Positions 1 through 7,585 of a stretch of 64,000 bases of DNA are shown here, piece after piece. The stretch is from Candidatus Omnitrophota bacterium. GTDB lineage: Bacteria; Omnitrophota; Gorgyraeia; VGKH01. Numbering within the stretch: the first letter of the stretch is position 1; every line of letters begins with the position of its first letter. The notes under the pieces are model-generated. The model searched no databases. It was not told the DNA's origin and saw nothing but the letters and a program-made list of their open reading frames with translations. The position numbers were made by a program, and so were the translations under genes. The stretch spans positions 150,238 through 214,237 of the forward strand of contig JAKLEP010000003.1 of assembly GCA_022703055.1 (NCBI GenBank). Direction: 5' to 3'.

Positions 1-145
1 AAAGATAGATATTTCTTTCTCTATCTTCAAAAAAAGGCCTATCTTCAATTCGAGATATTATCCTTCCAAGCCTATCAGTTGATACATGGCTAACTAGTTT
101 TTCTTTCTCTAATGTCTTCAAGTATTCCGCTTCCTGTTCAAACAT
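1..145 (-). CDS. hypothetical protein, N-terminal fragment (gene continues past the window start)
   Basis: ATG at 145-143 with GGAGG 5 nt upstream. 48 open codons (MFEQEAEYLKTLEKEKLVSH...) run to position 1. Shorter than the ORF-track cutoff; no family recognised. Confidence 0.35.
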   Translation of the reverse strand, partial: MFEQEAEYLKTLEKEKLVSHVSTDRLGRIISRIEDRPFFEDRERNIYL

Positions 146-237
146 AAAAACCTCCAGTCGTTTCCTCCTGAAGGTTTTAATTGATTAACGTGGCAGTTCC
201 CCCTTCGAACGTACCACTGGCTGAATTCACTGTTTTT

Positions 238-266
238 ATATTACTGCCTATAAGTAATTTTGTCAA
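238..266 (-). promoter_or_regulatory. sigma70-type promoter candidate for the 1..145 gene
   Basis: Minus strand TTGACA (266-261), 17-nt spacer, TAATAT (243-238), about 90 nt upstream of the ATG. Confidence 0.4.
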
Positions 267-290
267 TTCTTATTTACTCCATTTTCTATC

Positions 291-392
291 AAATCTCAGT
301 CCCGGTTCCCTCTAATTAAATTTTCCTCATCAATGAGCGCTTGACTTATGGAGCCCAGCGACATAAGTCAATTGCGCGAATTGATCCCGAGC
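291..392 (-). repeat. structured palindromic repeat, copy A (three-segment hairpin 329-385)
   Basis: Blocks 302-340 (39 nt) and 373-392 (20 nt) are identical to 996-1034 and 1069-1088. The central arms TTGACTTATG/CATAAGTCAA differ from copy B only by compensatory changes. Confidence 0.7.
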
Positions 393-479
393 CTACGCAG
401 TCAATTTCGAAGAAATTGACAAGTGTTCAGGCGAGGGACAACTGTTCTTTTTTTACTCATCCTCTCCATACCAAATTTA

Positions 480-968
480 TTAAGGGATTGCATCGAATTC
501 CTTATATACCGTCCGTATTTCTGGGCCGCCGATTAGTTCTTGGAAACCACCTATTAAAATTAATTTTTTATTTGAACGGGGAATGACAAACAAACCAAAA
601 GGCTCAGCTTTTTCGGGAGGCTGTCCTGACTGATAAATCATTGCGCGCGTATGAAGGTAAATGGCCTGGCGAGTTTCTCTGACTTTAACCAGATCAATAC
701 CGTCGCAATTGAAAGATTGGCCACCAAAAACCGCAACTACCATATTAGAACGAAAATTGACTCGAGGCATAGCCACGATATTATCCGTATGTCTCTTCCA
801 TAGATTTACCAAATCATCCTGGTTAAAAACTCGATCATATTCTTTTTTAATAATATTACTGTGCGGACCGCTAATTTTTTCTACAATCTTAACCGGCATT
901 CCTTTTATATAAAGAAAGACGAAACTAATTAAAGCTACAACTAACAAAATTAACGCTATTCTTTTCAT
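480..968 (-). CDS. hypothetical exported/membrane-anchored protein (162 aa)
   Basis: N-terminal hydrophobic signal/anchor MKRIALILLVVALISFVFLYI. GGGAGG lies upstream of the ATG. No domain confidently recognised; there is only a weak resemblance to PrcB-type C-terminal domains. Confidence 0.6.
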   Translation of the reverse strand: MKRIALILLVVALISFVFLYIKGMPVKIVEKISGPHSNIIKKEYDRVFNQDDLVNLWKRHTDNIVAMPRVNFRSNMVVAVFGGQSFNCDGIDLVKVRETRQAIYLHTRAMIYQSGQPPEKAEPFGLFVIPRSNKKLILIGGFQELIGGPEIRTVYKEFDAIP

Positions 969-984
969 TTTGCCTCCCTACCAT

Positions 985-1088
985 AAATTTGAGGACCGGT
1001 TCCCTCTAATTAAATTTTCCTCATCAATGAGCGCGCAACTTATGAAACGACAGTGAACATAAGTTGCATGCGCGAATTGATCCCGAGC
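985..1088 (-). repeat. structured palindromic repeat, copy B (three-segment hairpin 1023-1081)
   Basis: Same conserved blocks as copy A. The central arms GCAACTTATG/CATAAGTTGC flank a 13-nt loop. The repeat lies between the XRE gene stop and the 480..968 gene start. Confidence 0.7.
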
Positions 1089-1104
1089 GAAGCCGAGGGA
1101 TTCT

Positions 1105-1148
1105 GGGCGCGCGCCCGAAATTTCAGATTTATGGCGCGCGCCCGAAAT
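1105..1148. repeat. tandem 16-nt direct repeat containing a GC-only palindrome
   Basis: GGCGCGCGCCCGAAAT occurs at 1106-1121 and 1133-1148. The first copy forms the perfect 12-nt palindrome GGGCGCGCGCCC (1105-1116). The second copy encodes the last codons of the XRE-family gene. Confidence 0.7.
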
Positions 1149-1827
1149 CTAATTCATCTAAATTCTCAGGCGCTGCCGCGTTTAAATCGATGGATAGCGG
1201 CGTATCGGAATTGTAGGTCAATCTTACACTGGCATGGTTCTTAAAATGCAGCTCAAAGAATTTATCATTGTAAACGCAGCCTATGAACTCTTTTAATTTA
1301 AAATAAAACCGCGCATGTTTTGCGCTAAAGCCCATAAGATTCTCAGCCTCGTATTCTATGCAATAATTATGCTCGCCAACCGGCAGGGCCGAATGATTAA
1401 CGTAATCGCAAAAAAGCGGATAAATTGCAGTATGCTTGTCCTTGTCTTCATCGGAGCAGCGGAAAAATACAGGCTTATATTTTAACTCGATATTTAACTC
1501 GTTAAACAGATAGCGGGCATCCTTCTCGCTGCGGACAAAATCCACCAGGATCCTGGCATATTTGGCATCCCTGATATTCTTCTTGAATTCCTCCCTGACC
1601 GCCTCATTGATCCTTTTTCCCGCCTGGATAAGATCCGACAGCTTAAAGCCCAAGGCTGCGGCAATCCTGTCAAGCGACTCAAGTGTGCCGGTAATTTGAT
1701 TATCCTCAATCCCGGTAAGTGTCTCTATATTGATGCCGCTTCTTTCCGAGACAATTTGCAGGCTTATCCCCTGCTTTTCTCGAAACTGTCGAATCGTATT
1801 TCCGATTAAAATTTGGGCTTTCTTCAT
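1129..1827 (-). CDS. XRE-family helix-turn-helix transcriptional regulator with an unrecognised ~150-aa C-terminal domain
   Basis: N-terminal Cro/C1-type HTH: IGNTIRQFREKQGISLQIVSERSGINIETLTGIEDNQ. Confidence 0.75.
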   Translation of the reverse strand: MKKAQILIGNTIRQFREKQGISLQIVSERSGINIETLTGIEDNQITGTLESLDRIAAALGFKLSDLIQAGKRINEAVREEFKKNIRDAKYARILVDFVRSEKDARYLFNELNIELKYKPVFFRCSDEDKDKHTAIYPLFCDYVNHSALPVGEHNYCIEYEAENLMGFSAKHARFYFKLKEFIGCVYNDKFFELHFKNHASVRLTYNSDTPLSIDLNAAAPENLDELDFGRAP

Positions 1828-1844
1828 TCTGGATTTTGCTCTAA

Positions 1845-2417
1845 TTATCCTATTTTCTTGCCAAATTCAACTGCTTTGGCTTTGATATCGGCCTTATCCT
1901 TGATATCGCCAGATACCCCGGCGTTGGGGATTAAAAGCGATGCAAATTTCATACCCGAATAATCGGCTGTAAGTTTAAACGGTTGCTCTAAAACATCAAG
2001 GCCGACATCTTCAAAGGCGCTGGAGATCACAGCAAAAGTCTTGCCCTTTAGCACCGTTTGCATTGTGCCTGTCTTATTGTCCCATTTATAGAGCGCAAAC
2101 ATCCGATCAAAAATTACCTTGATCTGGGCGCTGGCGGAAAAGAAATACAAAGGCGTTGCCATGACGATAACATCAGCTTCGGCCATTTTGGAGATGATCG
2201 GGCTTGCCTCATCATTAATTACACATTTATATTCCTTGGATTTCTGGCAAGCCCGGCAGGAATTGCATCCGATGGACTTTATTTTTAAATCCGCAACATT
2301 GATAATTTCCACTTCTGCGCCTTTGTCTTTAGCGCCTTCAGCGAACCAATTCACCAAAATCGCGGTGTTGCCGTCCTTCTTGGGGCTGCCCTGAATCACT
2401 AATATCTTTTTAGACAT
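1845..2417 (-). CDS. flavodoxin-fold NAD(P)H-dependent FMN reductase / iron-sulfur flavoprotein family protein
   Basis: KILVIQGSPKKDGNT N-terminus typical of the family, plus a CNSCRAC cysteine motif. Confidence 0.7.
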   Translation of the reverse strand: MSKKILVIQGSPKKDGNTAILVNWFAEGAKDKGAEVEIINVADLKIKSIGCNSCRACQKSKEYKCVINDEASPIISKMAEADVIVMATPLYFFSASAQIKVIFDRMFALYKWDNKTGTMQTVLKGKTFAVISSAFEDVGLDVLEQPFKLTADYSGMKFASLLIPNAGVSGDIKDKADIKAKAVEFGKKIG

Positions 2418-2423
2418 AAGTTT

Positions 2424-2897
2424 TTATTCCCGGCGCCTGAGCTTGCCGGTGGGAATAATCTCAACAATCTCAATTGCCTTAATTTTCAAGAAAACCACTC
2501 TCTCGGGAAAAGTGGTCTCGAAATCTCCGTGCCTCTTATCGCTACGCAAACCTTCAATAATGCGTGTGGCAGTAAAACGAATCTGCTTTTCCTTATGCTC
2601 CTTAACCAAGGATTCGTATTCTTTGCCTCCGTCAATAATTTCTGCCGGGCCGTTAATCTGATAACCGATAAGCGTATCGGCATCAATCAGGGAAATGGAA
2701 GCTTTGGGATTAATATTTATGTTGTTGAATGTCCTTCCCAGGACGTAATCCACCAGATAAAGGCAGTCCTTTTCTACCTTTAAAATCAATTTGGGAGCGA
2801 CATTGGGCCGGGCTTCAAAATCGCAGGTAGCCACACTAATGAACTCTCTAGCCTCCAAGAATTTCTTAACATTTTCTAATAAAAGCTGTTTTGACAT
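2424..2897 (-). CDS. pyridoxamine 5'-phosphate oxidase-like (FMN-binding split barrel) family protein
   Basis: 157 aa. The N-terminal pattern FISVATCDFEARPNVAPK and the size fit the PNPOx-like family. It lies adjacent to a flavoprotein gene. Confidence 0.6.
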   Translation of the reverse strand: MSKQLLLENVKKFLEAREFISVATCDFEARPNVAPKLILKVEKDCLYLVDYVLGRTFNNININPKASISLIDADTLIGYQINGPAEIIDGGKEYESLVKEHKEKQIRFTATRIIEGLRSDKRHGDFETTFPERVVFLKIKAIEIVEIIPTGKLRRRE

Positions 2898-2915
2898 ATA
2901 ATTCCGTAATTTAAA

Positions 2916-3329
2916 CTATTTTATAAAATCAAAATATAACGCAATGACCAGGGCAATCGCCGAAACAGCAAAGATAAAGAAATAATTCATCCTCTCTTTG
3001 CTTGAGCTCAGTTCGCAGAGGATCTTTCCGATAAGCCTGGCCTCATCGCTGTTTAACTCTTTCTTCTCGGAAACCTTATCAATCAAATTATTTCTGGCGA
3101 CCAGCCTTGTCAGCGACTGGTTTATCGCATACTTGTAAAGAAAAAACAGGAAAAACCCGCCCACGCCCACATACCAGGCGATCTTACCGTAAATCTCATC
3201 TAAATGCGCTAATACCGTCACCACTCGCACCGCGATAGTGGCGACCAGGCCAATGGCGAAAAATATCCATGAGATATAGCTGTCATTGCAAATCTTGTTT
3301 GCTTGGCAATTTTTGCACTGCTTCTTCAT
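2916..3329 (-). CDS. hypothetical membrane protein
   Basis: 137 aa with a Cys-containing N-terminus (CKNCQANKIC) followed by several hydrophobic helices. Confidence 0.5.
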   Translation of the reverse strand: MKKQCKNCQANKICNDSYISWIFFAIGLVATIAVRVVTVLAHLDEIYGKIAWYVGVGGFFLFFLYKYAINQSLTRLVARNNLIDKVSEKKELNSDEARLIGKILCELSSSKERMNYFFIFAVSAIALVIALYFDFIK

Positions 3330-3363
3330 ATTTGCTCCCTAAGCCCTACCTACTAACCCCTAC

Positions 3364-4371
3364 CTACTTTGGGATATGACAGGTCGGCTTAATCCCCTGC
3401 TTTTGAAAATACTGCTGATGATAGCCTTCCGCCTGGTAAAATTCTCCCAAAGGCGCAATTTCAGTGACAATCCTGCCATTGTATTTTTTTGATTTATTTA
3501 ATTTCTCCTTGGATTCAGTCGCCAATTTTTGTTGCTCAGGGTCAGAGTAAAAAATCGCCGAGCGGTATTGCGAGCCCACATCCGGCCCCTGGCGGTCAGG
3601 AGTGGTCGGGTCATGGATGCTCCAGAATACATCCAGTAATTTTTCGTAAGAAATTTTCTTAGGATCATAGGTAACCTCCACCGACTCGGCATGGCCGGTG
3701 GTATGAGACGACACTGTTTCATAAGTGGGATTCTTGGTGTGTCCGCCGGTGTAGCCGACGCGGGTGGAAACGACTCCCTTATCCATAAGTTCCCTGAAAG
3801 CCGCCTCCACTCCCCAGAAACAGCCAGCGGCGAAGACCGCTTTTTCTGTCTTGGCTGAATTATCCATCATCAAAAGCTTCAGCGCGACAGTATTAATGCA
3901 ATAACGCTTGCCAGAGGGCGGCGGGCCGTCGTCAAAGACATGCCCTAAATGCGCGCCGCAGCGGGCGCAGAGAACTTCGGTCCGGGACATCCCAAAACTG
4001 TTATCGGTTTCTAATCTGACATTCAATTTTGAAACCGGTTCCCAGAAACTCGGCCAACCGGTTCCCGACTCAAATTTATTTTCATATTTGAATAAATCTG
4101 TGCCGCAGCCAACGCACTGATAAATCCCTGCTCCTCCTTTCGGCGGGACTGGACAGGTCTTACTAAACGCGGCTTCCGTGCCTTTCTGCCGGGTGACCTT
4201 GAATTGCTCAGGGGTAAGAATCTTTTTCCACTCGGCATCGGATTTGATGACTTTATCAACTTCGATAACCGAATTCGATTTAACATCGAAAATCTTGATT
4301 TTTTCCGCGGCCATGGCATTACCTCCCAAGAAAAATAAAACAAAAATCAATATCAGTATTATTATTCTCAT
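3364..4371 (-). CDS. msrAB: exported bifunctional methionine sulfoxide reductase, MsrB domain followed by MsrA domain
   Basis: Signal peptide MRIIILILIFVLFFLGGNAMA. MsrB motifs are CVGCGTDLF, GWPSF, CARCGAHLGHVF and RYCIN. The MsrA motif is GCFWGVEAAF. Confidence 0.9.
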   Translation of the reverse strand: MRIIILILIFVLFFLGGNAMAAEKIKIFDVKSNSVIEVDKVIKSDAEWKKILTPEQFKVTRQKGTEAAFSKTCPVPPKGGAGIYQCVGCGTDLFKYENKFESGTGWPSFWEPVSKLNVRLETDNSFGMSRTEVLCARCGAHLGHVFDDGPPPSGKRYCINTVALKLLMMDNSAKTEKAVFAAGCFWGVEAAFRELMDKGVVSTRVGYTGGHTKNPTYETVSSHTTGHAESVEVTYDPKKISYEKLLDVFWSIHDPTTPDRQGPDVGSQYRSAIFYSDPEQQKLATESKEKLNKSKKYNGRIVTEIAPLGEFYQAEGYHQQYFQKQGIKPTCHIPK

Positions 4372-4452
4372 TTATCTCATCCTTGCTATAAAAATGATTA
4401 TCGCCACCACCCATATCGTGCCGACAACCAACCATTTCTTTTTTTCATCCAT
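4372..4452 (-). CDS. 26-aa single-TM micro-protein candidate
   Basis: Sequence MDEKKKWLVVGTIWVVAIIIFIARMR. AGGAGG lies 6 nt upstream and overlaps the stop of the 4462..5172 gene. Its TAA directly abuts the msrAB ATG. Below the ORF-track cutoff. Confidence 0.35.
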   Translation of the reverse strand: MDEKKKWLVVGTIWVVAIIIFIARMR

Positions 4453-4461
4453 AACGGCCTC

Positions 4462-5172
4462 CTAAGCTTCGGTTTTAATTTTCCAAGGTTCCTCAACAGA
4501 AACATTATCCTGCTTTTCCTCTTGTTTGGCAAGCTTTCGATGTTCCTTTAGGTGGGCTCTTGCGTCCATGATAATTTTCAAGAAAATGAACAGGCAAAGG
4601 CCGACTATCGGCGAGCCTAGAGCCATTAAAAGGAATCCGCCAAAAAGAATGCTGACATGCAAGAGAACGATCCTCTGGTAAGGCGAAAATAAAAGCAAGC
4701 CCAGATTAGAGCGGCGATATTCGCCCTTTAACAAATAATTCCAGAAAAAGGAAAATGCGTGTCCCAGGAAAATAAACAACGCAGCCTCGCCCAGGCGCTG
4801 ATTTTTTATCGTCGCCATTACCAAATCAAAGTTTGGCGCCTGGCCTTTAAATACCGGCATGCCAAATAAAAAGAATACAAACACCCCATGCACCGCGGTA
4901 AACATTCCGTAATGTACGCAGAAAAACGGAATGATAAATAGCTTGGCTAAATGCTCTTTTGGTTCTTTTGCCGCAACAAAAATCATCCTGGCAACATTGA
5001 ATACGCCGACAATGACATTCTCGAACCAATAAAGGAATATTATCGAGAAAACCGTCCAACCCAAAAAGAAAACGCCAAAAAAAGGAAAAAGATTAACCGC
5101 GATGAGAAATATTACTGACGGGCTGGCAAAATCTAATCGATGTTCTTTAATTTGCGGCTGTGAATTATTCAT
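4462..5172 (-). CDS. polytopic membrane protein (DUF6498-like)
   Basis: Multiple TM helices. The motifs FLGWTVFSIIFLYWFENVIVGVFN and FFCVHYGMFTAVHGVF resemble that family as I recall it. Confidence 0.55.
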   Translation of the reverse strand: MNNSQPQIKEHRLDFASPSVIFLIAVNLFPFFGVFFLGWTVFSIIFLYWFENVIVGVFNVARMIFVAAKEPKEHLAKLFIIPFFCVHYGMFTAVHGVFVFFLFGMPVFKGQAPNFDLVMATIKNQRLGEAALFIFLGHAFSFFWNYLLKGEYRRSNLGLLLFSPYQRIVLLHVSILFGGFLLMALGSPIVGLCLFIFLKIIMDARAHLKEHRKLAKQEEKQDNVSVEEPWKIKTEA

Positions 5173-5971
5173 TGGTCGGTTTAGGCTGCTCCATTACTTC
5201 CTCATTCACCAGATTCCCGTGGCGGTCATATTCCCTGCCCACAACTTTTCCGTTCTCGTTGTAATTAATAATCCCGTGGATAGTTCCGTCTTCGTAATAG
5301 ACTTTGCTTATGGTTTTCTGGTCATTGTCAAATTCCGCCTGCAGCTGGCCGTTTTCGTAATAAATCTTGCTTATGCCGATATCGCGTAAGTCTTTAACAG
5401 TTGCTTGGCGCTGCAATTGTCCGTTTGGATAGTAAGTCTTTAAAGGCCCGTTCATTTCCCCGTCTTTATAAGTGCTTTCCTGAGCGAGATTGCCCTCAGG
5501 GAAATATCTCTTGGCCAGGCCGTTTTGCTTGCCCTCTTTATACATAATCTCTGCGGATAATTTACCGCTGGGATAGAAAGTAGTGCGCATGCCATCAAGC
5601 TTATCATCAATAAAATTAAAAATCTGCTTAGTCTTGCCGTCTTCGAAATATTCCGCTGCCTCACCCTGGCGCATGTTGTTCTTGAAATTCTCCTTAAACT
5701 TCTCCTGGCCGCCTGGGTAATATTCTGCGGCAACCCCATCAGGAATCTCGCCAGTTCTTTGAATAACATTAAAATTCCTGTCTAAACATAGCCGGGCAAT
5801 TTCTTTTTCTTCGATATAATACCCGATGTAGTGAGTGTCGCACTGGGAAGGCCCATAAAATTCCATACTAAGATCCACAGTTTTTCTGATTACTTCCTCC
5901 GGAAAAGCTGAAGCGAAGTTTAACAATAAACCCATGCCGGCGATTATTAGAATAAATAATATTTTTTTCAT
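5165..5971 (-). CDS. exported MORN-variant repeat protein (YwqK-like)
   Basis: Signal peptide, then repeated Y(Y/F)xxGxL/K units (YYPNGQL, YYENGQL, YFPEGNL, FYPSGKL, YFEDGKT). Confidence 0.7.
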   Translation of the reverse strand: MKKILFILIIAGMGLLLNFASAFPEEVIRKTVDLSMEFYGPSQCDTHYIGYYIEEKEIARLCLDRNFNVIQRTGEIPDGVAAEYYPGGQEKFKENFKNNMRQGEAAEYFEDGKTKQIFNFIDDKLDGMRTTFYPSGKLSAEIMYKEGKQNGLAKRYFPEGNLAQESTYKDGEMNGPLKTYYPNGQLQRQATVKDLRDIGISKIYYENGQLQAEFDNDQKTISKVYYEDGTIHGIINYNENGKVVGREYDRHGNLVNEEVMEQPKPTNE

Positions 5972-6003
5972 ATTTCTCCCTAATTGTAATTTTAATCTAG
6001 ATA

Positions 6004-6909
6004 CTATGTGCCTTTTGGAACACTAGTGAAATTTTCCTCATTGCATCTATAAAAAATTCCCAATAAACGCATCTGAATAAGCATAATATAAAAAGAAATA
6101 AGATCCGAGATAAAAAATCCTAAGATAGGCAAACCGATTAAGAGCATTTTTATCGTGCGGCTTACATATGCGGCGGCAAAAAATAAAGCCACGATAATTA
6201 AATATTGAAGCGGCGCCTTGAGGATTGAATTTGCGATTAGAAAAGGATTGAAAGCCACAAATTTTCCTGTCATAGCTATAATCAAAAACATCATAGGATA
6301 AATGAATTGGCCTAAAACGATCAAGGCCAAGAAAACAGCATCGGCTTGTTGCGCTTTAAATAAGTATATAACTGACGGGACAAAACAAACAACAGCAGCC
6401 AGAATAATCAAGAAAAGCCGGCCGAATATCAATTCCGTCCAATCATTCATCCCAGGGAACTCCGGGGGCTGATTATCGCCGTAAGCGGAAGTCTCCAAGA
6501 CCAATAACATATATTCTAGAATATAGCTAACTAAAATCAATAACAGAGGCAGACCAAAAAGCCAGGCCATTCTTGCAATAGCGAAAAATATGGAAAAGAA
6601 TATTGAACCGACCAAAAGCATTATTTTACCATTTTTCCTGAAAGGATAGATGAATGAAGGAATAATCTCTGACCAGAAAGAGGTTGTGATTAGGACTTCT
6701 GCTGTTTCTGACGCCATTACAGGGCCCGAAACATGCTCAGAAGAAGACTCTTTTTGCGCCATCTTTTCGCATCTTCCCCCGCAGGAACGGCAGGTGTATG
6801 GCAGAGAGGCTTTTGCTTCGTTGACATAGACACATTCCTGGCAGAAATAACCGCCACAACCCATGCAATAAAAAAGAGCGTCTCTGTCGATATGTTTTTT
6901 ACATAACAT
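6004..6909 (-). CDS. membrane protein with an N-terminal B-box-like zinc finger
   Basis: N-terminus CKKH-x10-CMGCGGYFCQEC...CRSCGGRC, followed by about six hydrophobic helices. Confidence 0.6.
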   Translation of the reverse strand: MLCKKHIDRDALFYCMGCGGYFCQECVYVNEAKASLPYTCRSCGGRCEKMAQKESSSEHVSGPVMASETAEVLITTSFWSEIIPSFIYPFRKNGKIMLLVGSIFFSIFFAIARMAWLFGLPLLLILVSYILEYMLLVLETSAYGDNQPPEFPGMNDWTELIFGRLFLIILAAVVCFVPSVIYLFKAQQADAVFLALIVLGQFIYPMMFLIIAMTGKFVAFNPFLIANSILKAPLQYLIIVALFFAAAYVSRTIKMLLIGLPILGFFISDLISFYIMLIQMRLLGIFYRCNEENFTSVPKGT

Positions 6910-6924
6910 TTGGCTACTTCCTCT

Positions 6925-7584
6925 TTAACCTACCAGATTAATATTTTTCCCAAAGATATAGAATATTATATCACTTCCGGAATAATACCGGAAATATGAC
7001 CTTTTGCCTTCAAACAAAATGTTAAATCCTTCTTTTAAGAAAAATTCTTTTGCTCCGGAGGACGTCGTGCCGAAATGCACGCCCGGTATGCTATTTTCCC
7101 GCAAAAAACTCATATATTTCTCGATAAGCCTTGAGCCGATTCTTTGCCCGCGGAAGCCATCATCGATATTAATATGCAAAGTCGCAGGATAATCCCTGGA
7201 GAAATCCGGCTCAGAGAACTCACCCTTCCCAAAGCTCGCCAATAGATGAAACAGGAATCTGGAAGTATTTTTCTTAAAGAACAGCCCGCGCAGCAAAGAT
7301 TTGAAAAACAACCTGGGATAAATCTTAAAATTATTAATCCTCGCCATCGACTTTACGTTTTTAGAGCCTGTGATATATCCGATTACGCGGTCATTTTGGG
7401 CTGCCACAAAACAAGACTCAGGCTCATAATCTGTAAAATATGATGTCAGGCTGTCGGCAAGAATCTCGTCATCTTCAATGAACTTTTCTCTTGGCTTATC
7501 TAAAAATGCTGTCTGGCAGCTTATCCGGCGCAATCCTGCCCTGTCAGTTTTTTCGAACTTACGGATAATAACATCATCTGTCAT
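6925..7584 (-). CDS. GNAT-family N-acetyltransferase
   Basis: 219 aa. Acetyl-CoA binding motif RGQRIGSRLIEKY and the overall GNAT pattern. Confidence 0.8.
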   Translation of the reverse strand: MTDDVIIRKFEKTDRAGLRRISCQTAFLDKPREKFIEDDEILADSLTSYFTDYEPESCFVAAQNDRVIGYITGSKNVKSMARINNFKIYPRLFFKSLLRGLFFKKNTSRFLFHLLASFGKGEFSEPDFSRDYPATLHINIDDGFRGQRIGSRLIEKYMSFLRENSIPGVHFGTTSSGAKEFFLKEGFNILFEGKRSYFRYYSGSDIIFYIFGKNINLVG

Positions 7585-7585
7585 G

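Noticed and set aside
302-340. Hammerhead-ribozyme-like string TGATGAGGAAA on the minus strand of repeat copies A and B.
   Set aside because: The conserved core needs CUGAUGA, stem II, GAAA and stem III. Here the essential C3 is a U (UUGAUGA). No stem II/GAA arrangement follows, and the third related element (dapA-dapB) lacks the string.
291-1088. Integron gene cassette reading, with repeats A and B as attC sites flanking the 480..968 gene.
   Set aside because: The hairpins lack the RYYYAAC / GTTRRRY core sites of attC. No intI integrase or attI is in the window. A related element also sits inside the conserved dapA-dapB junction.
341-1244. Plus-strand ORFs 341..586 (81 aa) and 1053..1244 (63 aa), which start inside the structured repeats.
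   Set aside because: They run through the palindromic repeats and then antisense into real genes. The two 'proteins' are unrelated, although the DNA repeats are identical in places. No SD is present. The repeat structure explains the sequence better.
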